A DNA stretch of 64,000 nucleotides from NCBI GenBank assembly GCA_016713435.1, contig JADJPD010000003.1:282121-346120 (forward strand), written 5' to 3'. Below the pieces are notes generated by a model that saw nothing but the letters and a program-made list of their open reading frames with translations, did no database searches and had not been told where the DNA came from. The stretch is from Gemmatimonadota bacterium. Its GTDB lineage: Bacteria; Gemmatimonadota; Gemmatimonadetes; Gemmatimonadales; GWC2-71-9. The position numbers and the translations under genes are program-made. Of this stretch, positions 27,182-39,206 are shown piece after piece; the stretch's first letter is position 1; every line of letters begins with the position of its first letter.

Positions 27182-27485
27182 GGCGCTACTAAGGACTTTG
27201 GGCGCCGGCCCTGGAGGCCTGCGGCGAGGGCCGCGAGGCCCGCCGGGGGGGACGGGTGGGCCGGGGGGGGGCGCGTCGGGGGCCCCGACCCGCGCCACCT
27301 CCACGCCAAGCGGATGGCTGGAAGCGCGGCACCTGCGCCCCCGCGCTCCTCCGTGGTGCCCCAATCCCGCGCGTCCACAGGTCACCCGGGCTGCCCGACC
27401 GGGGCCGCGCGCGCGCCGCGCTCTGGGCTTTCTGGGACACTGCACGGACCGGGCCTGGGCGGGGCCGGGATCACTTCGACAAGTC

Positions 27486-27704
27486 ATGGAGGACACGATG
27501 CGGATGCGACAGGCATGGCGGGGACTGCTCCTGGCCGGTGGCGCGTACCTGGCCAAGCGATGGTGGGACAAGCAGCAGGCGGCCAACGGCGTGAGCCGCG
27601 GGATGAGTTCCGCCTCGAACGAGCCGGCGGCGGGCGGGGCCGGGTACGCCTCGGGCGGCGGGATGGGGTCGGATCCCGCTGCGGGGACGCCGCCGAGCCT
27701 CTAG
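27486..27704 (+). CDS. Possible small protein (72 aa) with an N-terminal amphipathic/hydrophobic helix and a Gly/Ala-rich tail
   Basis: ATG-initiated ORF MEDTMRMRQAWRGLLLAGGAYLAKRWW... No family is recognised, and its 3' end overlaps the convergent DCC gene by 4 nt. Weak support only. Confidence 0.3.
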   Translation: MEDTMRMRQAWRGLLLAGGAYLAKRWWDKQQAANGVSRGMSSASNEPAAGGAGYASGGGMGSDPAAGTPPSL

Positions 27705-28114
27705 GGCAGGAAGCGGCCCCGCAGTTCCGGCGGCAGCAGGGGACAGGCCCCCTCCGGCGTGGCGAAGATCCGCTTGCGGACCTTCGCCACGCCGTCGTAG
27801 GCGAGGTCGAGCAACCAGGTGGGCAGGAGCTGCAGCACCCGCGCCAGGGCGCCCCAGCCCCCGCCGATCCGCTCGGCGATCCGGAGCGCGGCGGTGCTGC
27901 GGGTGAGCACCCGGCCATCGGCTGTCTTGAGGACGATGCTGTCGGGGAAGCGCGCGCGGTCGGCGGGCGGGAAGGTGGCCTCGAAGGTGGGGCCCTGGAG
28001 CGCGGCGTAGCGGAAGCGCGTGCCCCCGGGGTCGCGCGCCAGCGCGAACTTCACGGCATGGTGGCAGAGGCCGCAGGTGCCGTCGTAGAAGAGCAGGTCG
28101 GGCGCAGGCGTCAC
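27701..28114 (-). CDS. Thiol-disulfide oxidoreductase DCC family (DUF393)
   Basis: LLFYDGTCGLCH motif near the N-terminus. GTG 28114 is chosen because GGAG lies about 8 nt upstream and the resulting size (137 aa) fits the family. Confidence 0.75.
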   Translation of the reverse strand: MTPAPDLLFYDGTCGLCHHAVKFALARDPGGTRFRYAALQGPTFEATFPPADRARFPDSIVLKTADGRVLTRSTAALRIAERIGGGWGALARVLQLLPTWLLDLAYDGVAKVRKRIFATPEGACPLLPPELRGRFLP

Positions 28115-28282
28115 GGCATCTCCGCTCCAGGTGAGTCCTCGGGCCGGTGCGGCTGCTCCGCGGGAGACGACGGCCAACTCCGGCCTGGCGGCCCTCTCCC
28201 GATGGGGGCAGCGTCCACCCCTTCCCTGGCCCCGACGTCCCCTGTTTCCGCCATGCCGCATCACCGCACATCACGAGGCCCG

Positions 28283-29428
28283 ATGGCTATATTGCTGACA
28301 CCCATGACCGCCCGCAATTCCCTCGGCCTGCTCGACCTCGTTGACCGGGGCGCAGGTTTCATCCGCCGACGCCAGTTCAGCTACCTCCCTGAAGATGGGG
28401 ACCTCTACGTCTCCCCGAAACTCGTGTCGCAGCATGGGCTCCGCCCGGGCGACGAGATCGAGGGGACGGAGGGCCGCCCGCAGGGGCGGGGCCGCGCGGC
28501 GCCGCTCGAGACGGTCACCGCCATCAACGGCCGCCCCCCGGGGGAGCTGCGCCAGCGCCCCCAGTTTGCCAGCCTCGGCGCCGTCCACCCCGACGAGCGG
28601 CTCAAGCTCGACTTCGGCCTGCGCCGCGGCGGCACCCCCGACTACACCAACCGCGTCATCGACCTGCTCTGTCCCTTCGGCAAGGGGCAGCGCGCGCTCA
28701 TCGTGGCACCGGCCAAGGCCGGCAAGACGATGGTGCTGCAGTCGGTGGCGGAGGGCGTGGCGCGGAACCACCCGGGCGCCACGCTGCTCATCCTCCTGGT
28801 GGACGAGCGGCCCGAGGAAGTCACCGAGATGGAGATGGTGGGCTACGGCGAGGTGATCGCGTCGAGCTTCGACTTCCCGGCGGAGCGGCACGTGGCCGTG
28901 GCCGAGCTCACGCTGGAGCGCGCCCGCCGCCGCGTGGAGCAGGGCGAGGACGTGGTGCTGATCCTCGACTCCATCACCCGCCTGGCCCGCGCCTACAACA
29001 CCGTGGAGCGCGGCACCGGCCGCACCATGAGTGGCGGCCTCGACTCGAGCGCGCTGGAGAAGCCCAAGCGGTTCCTGGGCAGCGCGCGGAAGATCGACGA
29101 GCGGAAGGGTGGCGGGTCGCTGACCATCATCGGCACCGCGCTGGTGGACACCGGCAGCAAGATGGACCAGGTGATCTACGAGGAGTTCAAGGGCACGGGC
29201 AACAGCGAGCTGACCCTGAGCCGGGAGCTGGCGGACCGGCGGATCTTCCCGGCCATCGACCTCAAGTTGAGCGGGACGCGGCGGGAGGAGCTGCTCCTCC
29301 CGCCCGAGCTCCTGGCCGTGGCCCAGAACCTCCGCGCGCGCCTGGCGCCGATGAGCAGCATCGACGCGATGCAGCAGGTGCTGCAGCTCATGCGGCGGAC
29401 CACGGCGGACGCGGAGCTGTCGTTGTAG
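28283..29428 (+). CDS. rho: Transcription termination factor Rho (short form, 381 aa)
   Basis: CSD-like RNA-binding region ([34 protein letters not shown]), Walker [18 protein letters not shown], Walker [14 protein letters not shown], and SGTRREELL. Confidence 0.9.
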   Translation: MAILLTPMTARNSLGLLDLVDRGAGFIRRRQFSYLPEDGDLYVSPKLVSQHGLRPGDEIEGTEGRPQGRGRAAPLETVTAINGRPPGELRQRPQFASLGAVHPDERLKLDFGLRRGGTPDYTNRVIDLLCPFGKGQRALIVAPAKAGKTMVLQSVAEGVARNHPGATLLILLVDERPEEVTEMEMVGYGEVIASSFDFPAERHVAVAELTLERARRRVEQGEDVVLILDSITRLARAYNTVERGTGRTMSGGLDSSALEKPKRFLGSARKIDERKGGGSLTIIGTALVDTGSKMDQVIYEEFKGTGNSELTLSRELADRRIFPAIDLKLSGTRREELLLPPELLAVAQNLRARLAPMSSIDAMQQVLQLMRRTTADAELSL

Positions 29429-29441
29429 GCGTTGCCCGGCG

Positions 29442-31772
<2,331 letters not shown>

Positions 31773-31852
31773 GTCCCGAACCTACCAGCGCGCGCGGCCC
31801 GCCACTACCCGGATCGGGCGGCCGAACCCGGCGGCGTGATTCCGGTCGCGCG

Positions 31853-32971
31853 TCAGGTGCCCGGGCGGGGCGGCGGCGGGGCCTCGCGCCGCCACAGGAC
31901 CCGGCCGTCGGCGGCGCGCACCTCCTTCACCACCACCCCTTCCTCGGAGGTGCCGCCGAGCGCCACCTCGCCGGCGCCGAAATAGTCGCGGGTGCGCGGG
32001 TCGCGCCGGCCGCTCCACGGCAGGCGCCGGGCGATGGGCGCCGTGATCGTCCAGCCGGTCATCACGGGTGTCCCGTCGGTGAGGCGCGCAAAGGTGAGCT
32101 CGCCGCGCGCCCCGTCCCGCGGCACCCAGCGCCAGAGGTTCACGTAGCGGTACTCGAGCCGCACGAGGGCGCCGCTCCGCCGGTCCAGCCAGAGCGTCCC
32201 CTCGATGTCCGGGATCGTCCGCCCCCGCGCCGGCGCAAAGCCCACGCCGAGCAGGTGCCGCTCCCGCCGCGACGCGGCCACCAGGCGGAAGCAGTGGGTG
32301 CGGAGGAACGCGTCGCTGAAGAACGCCGCCACGTCCGGCCCATAGTAGGTGGGGCCGAGCAGCGTGTCGTGCACCTGCACGAAGCCGGAGGCCGCCAGGC
32401 TCTCGGCCGGCAGCGACGTCACGGGCCAGGCGCCCCGGCTCTCGGTGGGGTAGGTGTCGAGGAAGGTGACGCGGCCCTGCGGGTCGAGCCGCCGCCGGGT
32501 GAGGGTGCCCTGGTAGGTGAGCCCGCTCCGCCCCCCGCCCAGGAGCCCGAGTGACGTGCGCGCCTCGTCCCAGACTAGCGCCACCCGTCGGTCGGCCTCC
32601 GGGCGCGCCTGGCAGGGACTGGTGCCCGTCACCTCGATCTCGGCGAGCAGCACGGGAACGCCGGCCACCTGCAGCGCCAGCGCCAGCTCCTGGCCCGCCC
32701 CCAGCGTGAAGCTGTCGGAGGTCCACGGCCGGTAGCCGATGCGGAGGGCCCGCACCCGGTAGCGCCCGGGCGGCACCTCGGGGAGGCGGAAGCGGCCCTG
32801 CTCGTCGCTCACGGCGCTGGCCACCACGCGGGTGGAGTCGAGCAGCTGCGCCAGGCCGCCCTCGATGGGGCGGCCCGAGACCTCCTCGTGCATGGTGCCG
32901 CGCACCACCTGCGCCCCGAGCGGGGCGCCGGCGCCGAGGAGCAGGAACGACAGCGCGAGCGTCCGTCGCAT
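31853..32971 (-). CDS. Secreted protein with N-terminal carboxypeptidase-regulatory-like (CarboxypepD_reg) beta-sandwich
   Basis: Signal peptide MRRTLALSFLLLGAGAPLGAQ, then VRGTMHEEVSGRPIEGGLAQLLD...DEQGRFRLPEVPPGRYRVRALRIGY. The remainder is unassigned. Confidence 0.7.
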   Translation of the reverse strand: MRRTLALSFLLLGAGAPLGAQVVRGTMHEEVSGRPIEGGLAQLLDSTRVVASAVSDEQGRFRLPEVPPGRYRVRALRIGYRPWTSDSFTLGAGQELALALQVAGVPVLLAEIEVTGTSPCQARPEADRRVALVWDEARTSLGLLGGGRSGLTYQGTLTRRRLDPQGRVTFLDTYPTESRGAWPVTSLPAESLAASGFVQVHDTLLGPTYYGPDVAAFFSDAFLRTHCFRLVAASRRERHLLGVGFAPARGRTIPDIEGTLWLDRRSGALVRLEYRYVNLWRWVPRDGARGELTFARLTDGTPVMTGWTITAPIARRLPWSGRRDPRTRDYFGAGEVALGGTSEEGVVVKEVRAADGRVLWRREAPPPPRPGT

Positions 32972-33011
32972 GCACGACGAACGCTCGCGCCGGGCCGCCG
33001 GTGCCGCCGCC

Positions 33012-35144
33012 TCAGTCCTCGTAGAAGCGCCCACCCCGCGCCGCCATGTCCACGAGCGTCTGGCACGGCGCAAAGCGCATCCCGCAGGCCTGCTCGAGCT
33101 GCCGCAGCACCTCCACCACCTTGGCGGCGCCGAGGTCGTCGAGGTAGCGGAGCGGCCCGCCCCGGAACGGCGGGTAGCCGATGCCGAAGATGGCGCCGAT
33201 GTCGCCGTCACGGGCGTTCCGGACTACGCCCTCGCCGAAGGCCATGGCGGCCTCATTGAGCATGGAGTAGACCAGGCGCTGCTCGATGAGCGCCGTGGCG
33301 GCCGGCGCCGCGGGGCGGACGCCGAGCAGGTCGTAGATGGTCTCGTCGGGGCCGGTCTTCTCGCCGTCGTGGTAGTGGTAGAAGCCCTTGCCGTTCTTCC
33401 GGCCCAGGCGGCCGTCGCCGAGCACCTTGGGGAGGAGCGGCGAGGGGGCCAGCCGCTCGCCGAACTGCTCGTGCATCACCTTGGCCGCCTTGGCGCCCAC
33501 GTCGAGGCCCACCTCGTCGAGCAGCGTGATCGGGCCCACCGGGAAGCCGAACTTGACCATGAGCTTGTCGATGAGGTCCATGGGCACGCCCTCGCCCAGG
33601 ATGTAGCCCGCCTCGTTCATGTACGGCAGCAGGATCCGGTTCACCCAGAAGCCGGGCCGGTCCCGCACCACGATGACCGTCTTGCCGAGGCGGCGGCCGA
33701 AGTTCACCGCCGTGGCGATCACCTCCGGCGCCGTGGCGTCGGTCGGGATCACCTCGAGCAGCGGCATCCGGTCCACGGGCGAGAAGAAGTGCATGCCGAG
33801 CACCTGGCCCGGCCGGCGCGCCTCGGCGGCGATGTCGCTGATGGGGATGGTGGAGGTGTTCGTGGCGAAGATCGCGTCGGGCGGGGTGGCCGCCTCGGAG
33901 TCGGCCAGCACCTTGCGCTTGAGCGAGAGCTCCTCGAACACCGCCTCGATGACCAGGTCGGTGCGCTGGAAGCCGGAATAATCGGTGGTGCCGGAGAGGA
34001 GCGCGCTGAGGCGCTGGAACTCGGGCCGGGTGATGCGGCGCCGCTTGAGCCGGCCGCTCAGGATGTCGGTGGCCGCCTTGAGCCCCTTCCCCACCCGCGG
34101 CAGCTCGGTGTCCTTGAGCCGCACGTCCACGCCCGCCGTGGTCACCGCCGTCCCCGCGATGCCGGCACCCATGAAGCCCGAGCCGATCACGCCGAGGCGC
34201 GTCACCGGCCGCGGCTTGGCGGTGACGCCCGCCGGCAGCCCATCGTCCTTCTTGAGCGCGTTGGTGGCGAAGAAGATCCCGATCAGCTTCCGCGACACGT
34301 CGGTGACCGCCAGCTCGCCGAACAGCCGCGACTCCACTTCGAACCCCTTCTGCAGCCCCTGCTCGAGCCCCGCCTGCACCGCCTCGAGGGCCGCGAGCGG
34401 CGCCGGGTAGTTGCCGTGGGTCTTCTTGAGCGTGTCCTTCCGCGCCTTCGAGTACACCACGCGGCGGCCGGGGAAGGAACGATCCAGCACCGCGCCCATC
34501 ACCCCGCCCTTGGCCTTCCGGAGCGGGACCCCCTGCCGCACGATCCGCTCCGCCGCCTTGAGCGCGGTGTCGAGCAGGATGGCCTTCGGCACCAGCTCGT
34601 CCACCAGGCCCAGCTTGAAGGCCTTGAGGCCGGTCTCCATCTTGGCGCCCATGATCATCGGCAGCGCCGCCGAGAGCCCGATGAGCCTCGGCAGGCGCTG
34701 GCAGCCGCCGGCACCGGGCAGGAGCCCGATCTGCACCTCGGGCAGCCCGAGCTGCGTCTTGGGGCCGTCGGTGGCGATGCGCCAGTCGCAGGCCAGCACC
34801 AGCTCGAGGCCGCCGCCGAGGCAGGCGCCGTTGATGGCGGCGATGACCGGCTTCGGGTAATCGTCCACCCGCTGGATCATCGCCTGGCCGTCGCGGGAGA
34901 GCGCGGTGAACTGCTCCTGCGTGGTGAGCTTCGTGAACTCCTCGATGTCCGCACCGGCGATGAAGTTCTCCGCCTTGCCGGAGATCATGACCACGGCCTT
35001 CACCGCCGGGTCGTCCCGGAGCTTGCCGAAGAGCGCCTCGAACTCGGTGCGCACCTGCGCGTTCAGCGTGTTCACCGGCGCGCCGGGGAGGTCGATCGTC
35101 AGCACGGCCGTGGCGCCGTGCAGGGTGCAGGTGATGGCGGTCAT
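33012..35144 (-). CDS. Bifunctional enoyl-CoA hydratase / 3-hydroxyacyl-CoA dehydrogenase (FadJ/FadB-like)
   Basis: Crotonase N-terminus (FIAGADIEEF, AAINGACLGGGLEL) and an NAD-binding GVIGSGFMGAGIA. The ATG overlaps the thiolase stop (ATGA). Confidence 0.9.
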   Translation of the reverse strand: MTAITCTLHGATAVLTIDLPGAPVNTLNAQVRTEFEALFGKLRDDPAVKAVVMISGKAENFIAGADIEEFTKLTTQEQFTALSRDGQAMIQRVDDYPKPVIAAINGACLGGGLELVLACDWRIATDGPKTQLGLPEVQIGLLPGAGGCQRLPRLIGLSAALPMIMGAKMETGLKAFKLGLVDELVPKAILLDTALKAAERIVRQGVPLRKAKGGVMGAVLDRSFPGRRVVYSKARKDTLKKTHGNYPAPLAALEAVQAGLEQGLQKGFEVESRLFGELAVTDVSRKLIGIFFATNALKKDDGLPAGVTAKPRPVTRLGVIGSGFMGAGIAGTAVTTAGVDVRLKDTELPRVGKGLKAATDILSGRLKRRRITRPEFQRLSALLSGTTDYSGFQRTDLVIEAVFEELSLKRKVLADSEAATPPDAIFATNTSTIPISDIAAEARRPGQVLGMHFFSPVDRMPLLEVIPTDATAPEVIATAVNFGRRLGKTVIVVRDRPGFWVNRILLPYMNEAGYILGEGVPMDLIDKLMVKFGFPVGPITLLDEVGLDVGAKAAKVMHEQFGERLAPSPLLPKVLGDGRLGRKNGKGFYHYHDGEKTGPDETIYDLLGVRPAAPAATALIEQRLVYSMLNEAAMAFGEGVVRNARDGDIGAIFGIGYPPFRGGPLRYLDDLGAAKVVEVLRQLEQACGMRFAPCQTLVDMAARGGRFYED

Positions 35145-36424
35145 ACGCGCTCCAGGACCATCGCGAATCCCATCCCCCCCTGCGCACAGATGGAGATGAG
35201 GCCGAACTGGACGTCGCGCGCCGCCATCTCGTTGGCGAGCGTCGTGACGATGCGGGCGCCGGTGGCGCCGAACGGGTGGCCAATGGCGATCGACCCGCCG
35301 TGGACGTTGGTCTTCTCCCAGTCCACCTCGCCCACCGGGGCGCTCCTGCCCAGCTTCTCCGCCCACGCCTTGGAGGCCCAGGCCTGCGCGTTGGAGAGCA
35401 CCTGGGCGGCGAACGCCTCGTGGATCTCCACCAGGCCCAGTTCATTCCAGGTGATGCCGGCGCGGTCGAGCGCCTTCGGCACCGCGTACGCCGGGCCCAT
35501 GAGCAGCTGCCAGCCGGGGTCCACCGCCGCCACCGCGTAGCTCCGCACGGCCACCAGCGGCCGGTACCCCAGCGCCCGCGCCTTGGCCTCCTCCATCATC
35601 AGCACCACCGCGGCGCCGTCGGTGAGGCCCGAGCTGTTGCCGGCGGTCACGGTGCCGTAGCGCTTGTCGAACACCGGTCGCAGCTGCGCCAGCGCCTCGA
35701 GCGAGGTGTCGGCGCGGATCAGGTTGTCGGTGCTGATCACGTCGTCCATGCCGCGCCCGCCGAACCACGGGGCAATCTCCATGGCGAACCGCCCGCTCGC
35801 CGTGGCCGCCGCCGCGCGCTGGTGACTGGTGAGCGCCAGCCGGTCCTGCGCCTCGCGGCTGATGCCGTTCTCCTTGGCCATCTTCTCCGCCGACTGGCCC
35901 ATCGACTCGCCGGTGGACGGCTCCGCGATGGCCGGCGAGACGGGGATCAAATCCCTGGGCCGCACCTTCCCGAACGCTGCCAGCCGCTGGCCGAGCGACT
36001 TGGCCTTGCTGGCCTCCACCAGGATCTGCGCCATGCGCTTCGAGTGCAGGATCGGGATGTCGGAGAGCGACTCGACCCCGCCGGCCAGCACCACGTCGGC
36101 GTGGCCGAGCGTGATCTGGTCGGCCGCATAGCTCACCGCCTGGCCGGCGGAGGCGCAGGCGCGGTTGAGCGAGAAGGCGGGGACCGTCTTCGGGAGCTGC
36201 GGCAGCAGGCTCACCTCGCGCGCCACGTTGGGCGCGAGCACCGAGGTGACCACCTGCCCGAAGGCCACCTCGTCCACCACCTTGCCGTCGAGTGCGGTGC
36301 GCTCGAGCAGCTCCTGGGTGGCGCGGCGCGCCAGGTCCACCGCGGAGACGTCGCGGAAGACGGTGCCGCTCTTGGCAAACGGGGTGCGGAGGCCGGAGAC
36401 GACGACGGGACGACGGGAAGGCAT
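35141..36424 (-). CDS. Acetyl-CoA C-acyltransferase (3-ketoacyl-CoA thiolase, FadA/FadI-like)
   Basis: Active-site LNRACASAGQA, plus NVHGGSIAIGHPFGATGAR and CAQGGMGFAMVLE at the C-terminus. Confidence 0.9.
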   Translation of the reverse strand: MPSRRPVVVSGLRTPFAKSGTVFRDVSAVDLARRATQELLERTALDGKVVDEVAFGQVVTSVLAPNVAREVSLLPQLPKTVPAFSLNRACASAGQAVSYAADQITLGHADVVLAGGVESLSDIPILHSKRMAQILVEASKAKSLGQRLAAFGKVRPRDLIPVSPAIAEPSTGESMGQSAEKMAKENGISREAQDRLALTSHQRAAAATASGRFAMEIAPWFGGRGMDDVISTDNLIRADTSLEALAQLRPVFDKRYGTVTAGNSSGLTDGAAVVLMMEEAKARALGYRPLVAVRSYAVAAVDPGWQLLMGPAYAVPKALDRAGITWNELGLVEIHEAFAAQVLSNAQAWASKAWAEKLGRSAPVGEVDWEKTNVHGGSIAIGHPFGATGARIVTTLANEMAARDVQFGLISICAQGGMGFAMVLERV

Positions 36425-36511
36425 GGGACACCGGGCCGGGGTGGGGCGCGGCGGCCCGCGCCCGACAACTTGGCGCGCGGGGCCGCGCGCACTTAGCCTA
36501 CAAGAGCCGCG

Positions 36512-37081
36512 CTAGCTGCGCTTCTGGGCCACGATGGAGGCCACCGCCCGGACCTTGTTGTTCTCGACCGGCTCGAACACCTCGCGGCCATGCAAGGTCT
36601 CCAGCGGCGCCGCGAGCCGGGCCAGTTCCCCCGGCTGCAGCAGGTGCTCGGCGGAGGACGGGCCCCAGCCCAGCGCCTGCTGCCACTCGAGGTAGGTCTC
36701 CATCATGAGCAGGCCGCGCGTGCCCACCAGCTGCTGGATGTCAGGCATGCGCGCGCGGTCAAGATAGTTGAACACCATGACGACATCAAAAGCGCCGAAA
36801 TCCGGCCACGCCTCCGCGAGATCCACACAGCGGAAGTCAACATTCACGCCGAGGCGGCTCGCTGCCTCACGGCCCGTCTCGAGCTTGGTGTCGTCCTTGT
36901 CAACTGCAACAACCGTGGCACCCCACTGCGCCGCCTTGAGCGCATGCCGGCCCTCGCCGCAGGCGAGGTCCAGCACCGTCATCCCCGGCTGGACGAGGTA
37001 GTCATGCCACAGCAGCCACGTGCTCGGCCGGGGCAGGTAGATCGGGCCGGGCGGGGGGGCAGGACGGGTGAGGTCTGGCAT
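36512..37081 (-). CDS. Class I SAM-dependent methyltransferase
   Basis: Motif I VLDLACGEGRH, followed by VVAVDKD and FDVVMVFNYL. Confidence 0.75.
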   Translation of the reverse strand: MPDLTRPAPPPGPIYLPRPSTWLLWHDYLVQPGMTVLDLACGEGRHALKAAQWGATVVAVDKDDTKLETGREAASRLGVNVDFRCVDLAEAWPDFGAFDVVMVFNYLDRARMPDIQQLVGTRGLLMMETYLEWQQALGWGPSSAEHLLQPGELARLAAPLETLHGREVFEPVENNKVRAVASIVAQKRS

Positions 37082-37090
37082 CGCTCCTCG

Positions 37091-38685
37091 GTGGAACAGC
37101 TCGCGGGGACACCCGCCGACGTGCTGGTCATCGGCGGCGGGATCACGGGGGCGGGCATTGCCCGGGACGCCGCGATGCGCGGGCTCCGGGTGGTGCTGGT
37201 GGAACAGCGCGACCTGGCGAGCGGCACCAGCAGCCGCTCCAGCCGGCTGGTGCACGGCGGCCTGCGCTACCTGGAAGAGGGAGGGCTTCGCCTGGTCTTC
37301 GAGGCCCTGAAGGAGCGGCAGGTGCTCCTCTCGATCGCACCGCACCTGGTGCGCCCCTGCCCTTCACCTTCCCCGTCCACCAGGGCGACCGCGTCCCGCT
37401 CTGGAAGCTCTGGGCCGGGGTGACGCTCTATGACCTGCTCGCCGCCTTCCGCAATGTGCGGTGGCATCAACTGCTCGGCAAGCGGCGGCTCCTGGCGGGG
37501 GAGCCGCTGGTGCGGGAACGGGGCCTCGTGGGCGGGGTGCGCTACTGGGACGCCCAGTGCGACGACGCGCGCCTCACCCTCGCCACCGCGCGCGACGCGA
37601 TGCGCCACGGTGCGCAGGTCGCCACCTGGACCCGGGTCACCGCGCTCGCCAAGGCCGACGGCCGCGTGGCCGGCGCCCACCTCGAGGATGCCCTCACCGG
37701 CGCCATCGGCACCGTCACCGCCGCCGTGACGGTGAACGCCACGGGCCCGTGGGGCGACCAGCTCCGCCGCCTCGAGGACCCCGCCACCCAGCCCCTGCTC
37801 CGCCCCACCAAGGGCGTCCACGTCCTGGTGCGCCGCGACCGCCTCGGCCACGAGGACGCCATCACGCTCACGAGCCCCATCGACGGCCGGGTGATGTTCG
37901 TGCTCCCGTGGGGCGACTTCTCCTACATCGGCACCACCGACACCGACACCACCGAGTCGCCGGACGAGGTGGCGGCCACGGCCGACGACATCGTCTACCT
38001 GCTCCGCTCCGCCAACAGCGCCTTCCCCAACGCGCGCCTCGGGGAAGCCGACGTGCTCGCCACCTGGGCGGGCCTCCGGCCGCTGGTGGCGCCCGAGGCG
38101 GCCATGCGGGCCTCGAGCGTGAGCCGCGAGCACCTCATCGTGGAAGGCAGCGGCGGCATGCTCACCATCGCCGGCGGCAAGCTCACCACCTACCGGGTGA
38201 TGGCGGCGGAGGTGGTGGATGCGGTGATGCAGCGGCTGGAGGCGCAGGGCTACCCCAGGGTGGGCCGCCCGCCCACCGACCAGACCCCGCTCCCCGGTGG
38301 CGAAGCCGCGGACCTCGAGCCGCTCGGCAGCCCGGGCCTCGAGCTCGGGCTCCCGATCGACACGGTCAACCACCTGGTGCGCCTCTACGGCACCGAGTGC
38401 GCGGCCATCTTCAACCTGGTGGAGAAGGACCGCACGCTGCTGCAGCCGCTCGATCCTCGGCACCCCGCCATCCAGGCCGAAGTGCTGCACGTGGTGCGGC
38501 GCGAGCTGGCGTGCCGGGTGGAGGACGTGCTGGTGCGGCGGCTGCACCTCTACTACGAGGTGCCGGATCACGGCGCAGCCGCGGCGGCCACGGTGGCGGC
38601 GCTGATGGGACGCGAGCTCGGCTGGGATCTCGAGCACTCGGCGCGGGAGGCGGAACGCTACCGCGCGGGCCTGTCGCGCAGCTGA
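37091..38685 (+). pseudogene. glpD: FAD-dependent glycerol-3-phosphate dehydrogenase, reading frame broken near 37354-37358
   Basis: The N-terminus DVLVIGGGITGAGIARDAAMRG...SSRSSRLVHGGLRYLE is in one frame. The continuation ...TLYDLLAAF..., YWDAQCDDARL, NATGPW and LRPTKGVH is in the next frame. Adding one C to the run gcg cCCCC tgc restores APHLVRPLPFTFPVHQGDRVPLWKLWAGVTLYDLL. Confidence 0.85.
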
Positions 38686-38700
38686 CTGCCCGCAACGAAG

Positions 38701-38728
38701 AAGGGGCCGCCCCGAGGGACGGCCCCTT
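38701..38728. terminator. Hairpin between convergent glpD and cupredoxin genes
   Basis: aaggggccg ... cggcccctt: 9-bp stem, about 10-nt loop, A-rich 5' flank and T-containing 3' flank. Confidence 0.5.
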
Positions 38729-38750
38729 CACGCAGCGGCAACGCGGGGCC

Positions 38751-39185
38751 TTACGGCACCACCACCACGAACCCGCCCATCCCCGTGAGGTTGTCGGGGC
38801 TGGCCGAGGTGCCGTGCGTGGAGCAGTAGTACTTGTAGATCCCGGTGCTCGCGAAGCTGAACTGGTACTGGTGCGGCGCGTCGAACCAGTCCACGTCCTG
38901 CGTGCCGGGCAGCGTGGCGGTGCCGTTGCTGGTGAAGCTCGGGCTGCCGGTGCTGATCACGTTGTGGTCCTGGGAGCCCGCCTCCCAGCTCCACGTCACG
39001 GTGCCGGCCTTGGCCACCGTGTCCACCCGCGGCTTGAACTCCCGGGTGGGCGTGCTCTTCACCATGATGGTGATGGCGTTGGGCGCGGGCGGGTTGTTGT
39101 CGCTGCCGGAGCCGCCGCCGCAGGCCACCCCGCCGAGGATCATCGCCAGCATCATCGCACCACGCGCCCGGCCAGTCATGTGCAA
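38751..39185 (-). CDS. Small cupredoxin-fold (type-1 copper-like) lipoprotein
   Basis: Lipobox ILGGVAC. Candidate Cu ligands are His in QDHNV, then YYCSTHG...LTGMGG (Cys, His, Met) at the C-terminus. Confidence 0.75.
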   Translation of the reverse strand: MHMTGRARGAMMLAMILGGVACGGGSGSDNNPPAPNAITIMVKSTPTREFKPRVDTVAKAGTVTWSWEAGSQDHNVISTGSPSFTSNGTATLPGTQDVDWFDAPHQYQFSFASTGIYKYYCSTHGTSASPDNLTGMGGFVVVVP

Positions 39186-39206
39186 CCCGTTGGATGAGGG
39201 AGAGTG

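Noticed and set aside
27182-27485. ORFs in the G-rich spacer (27189-27440 minus strand, 27198-27704 and 27256-27594 plus strand, upstream parts).
   Set aside because: Their composition-driven translations (poly-Arg/Pro/Gly) have no motifs and conflict with each other. Only the ATG-initiated tail 27486-27704 is kept, as a low-confidence small ORF.
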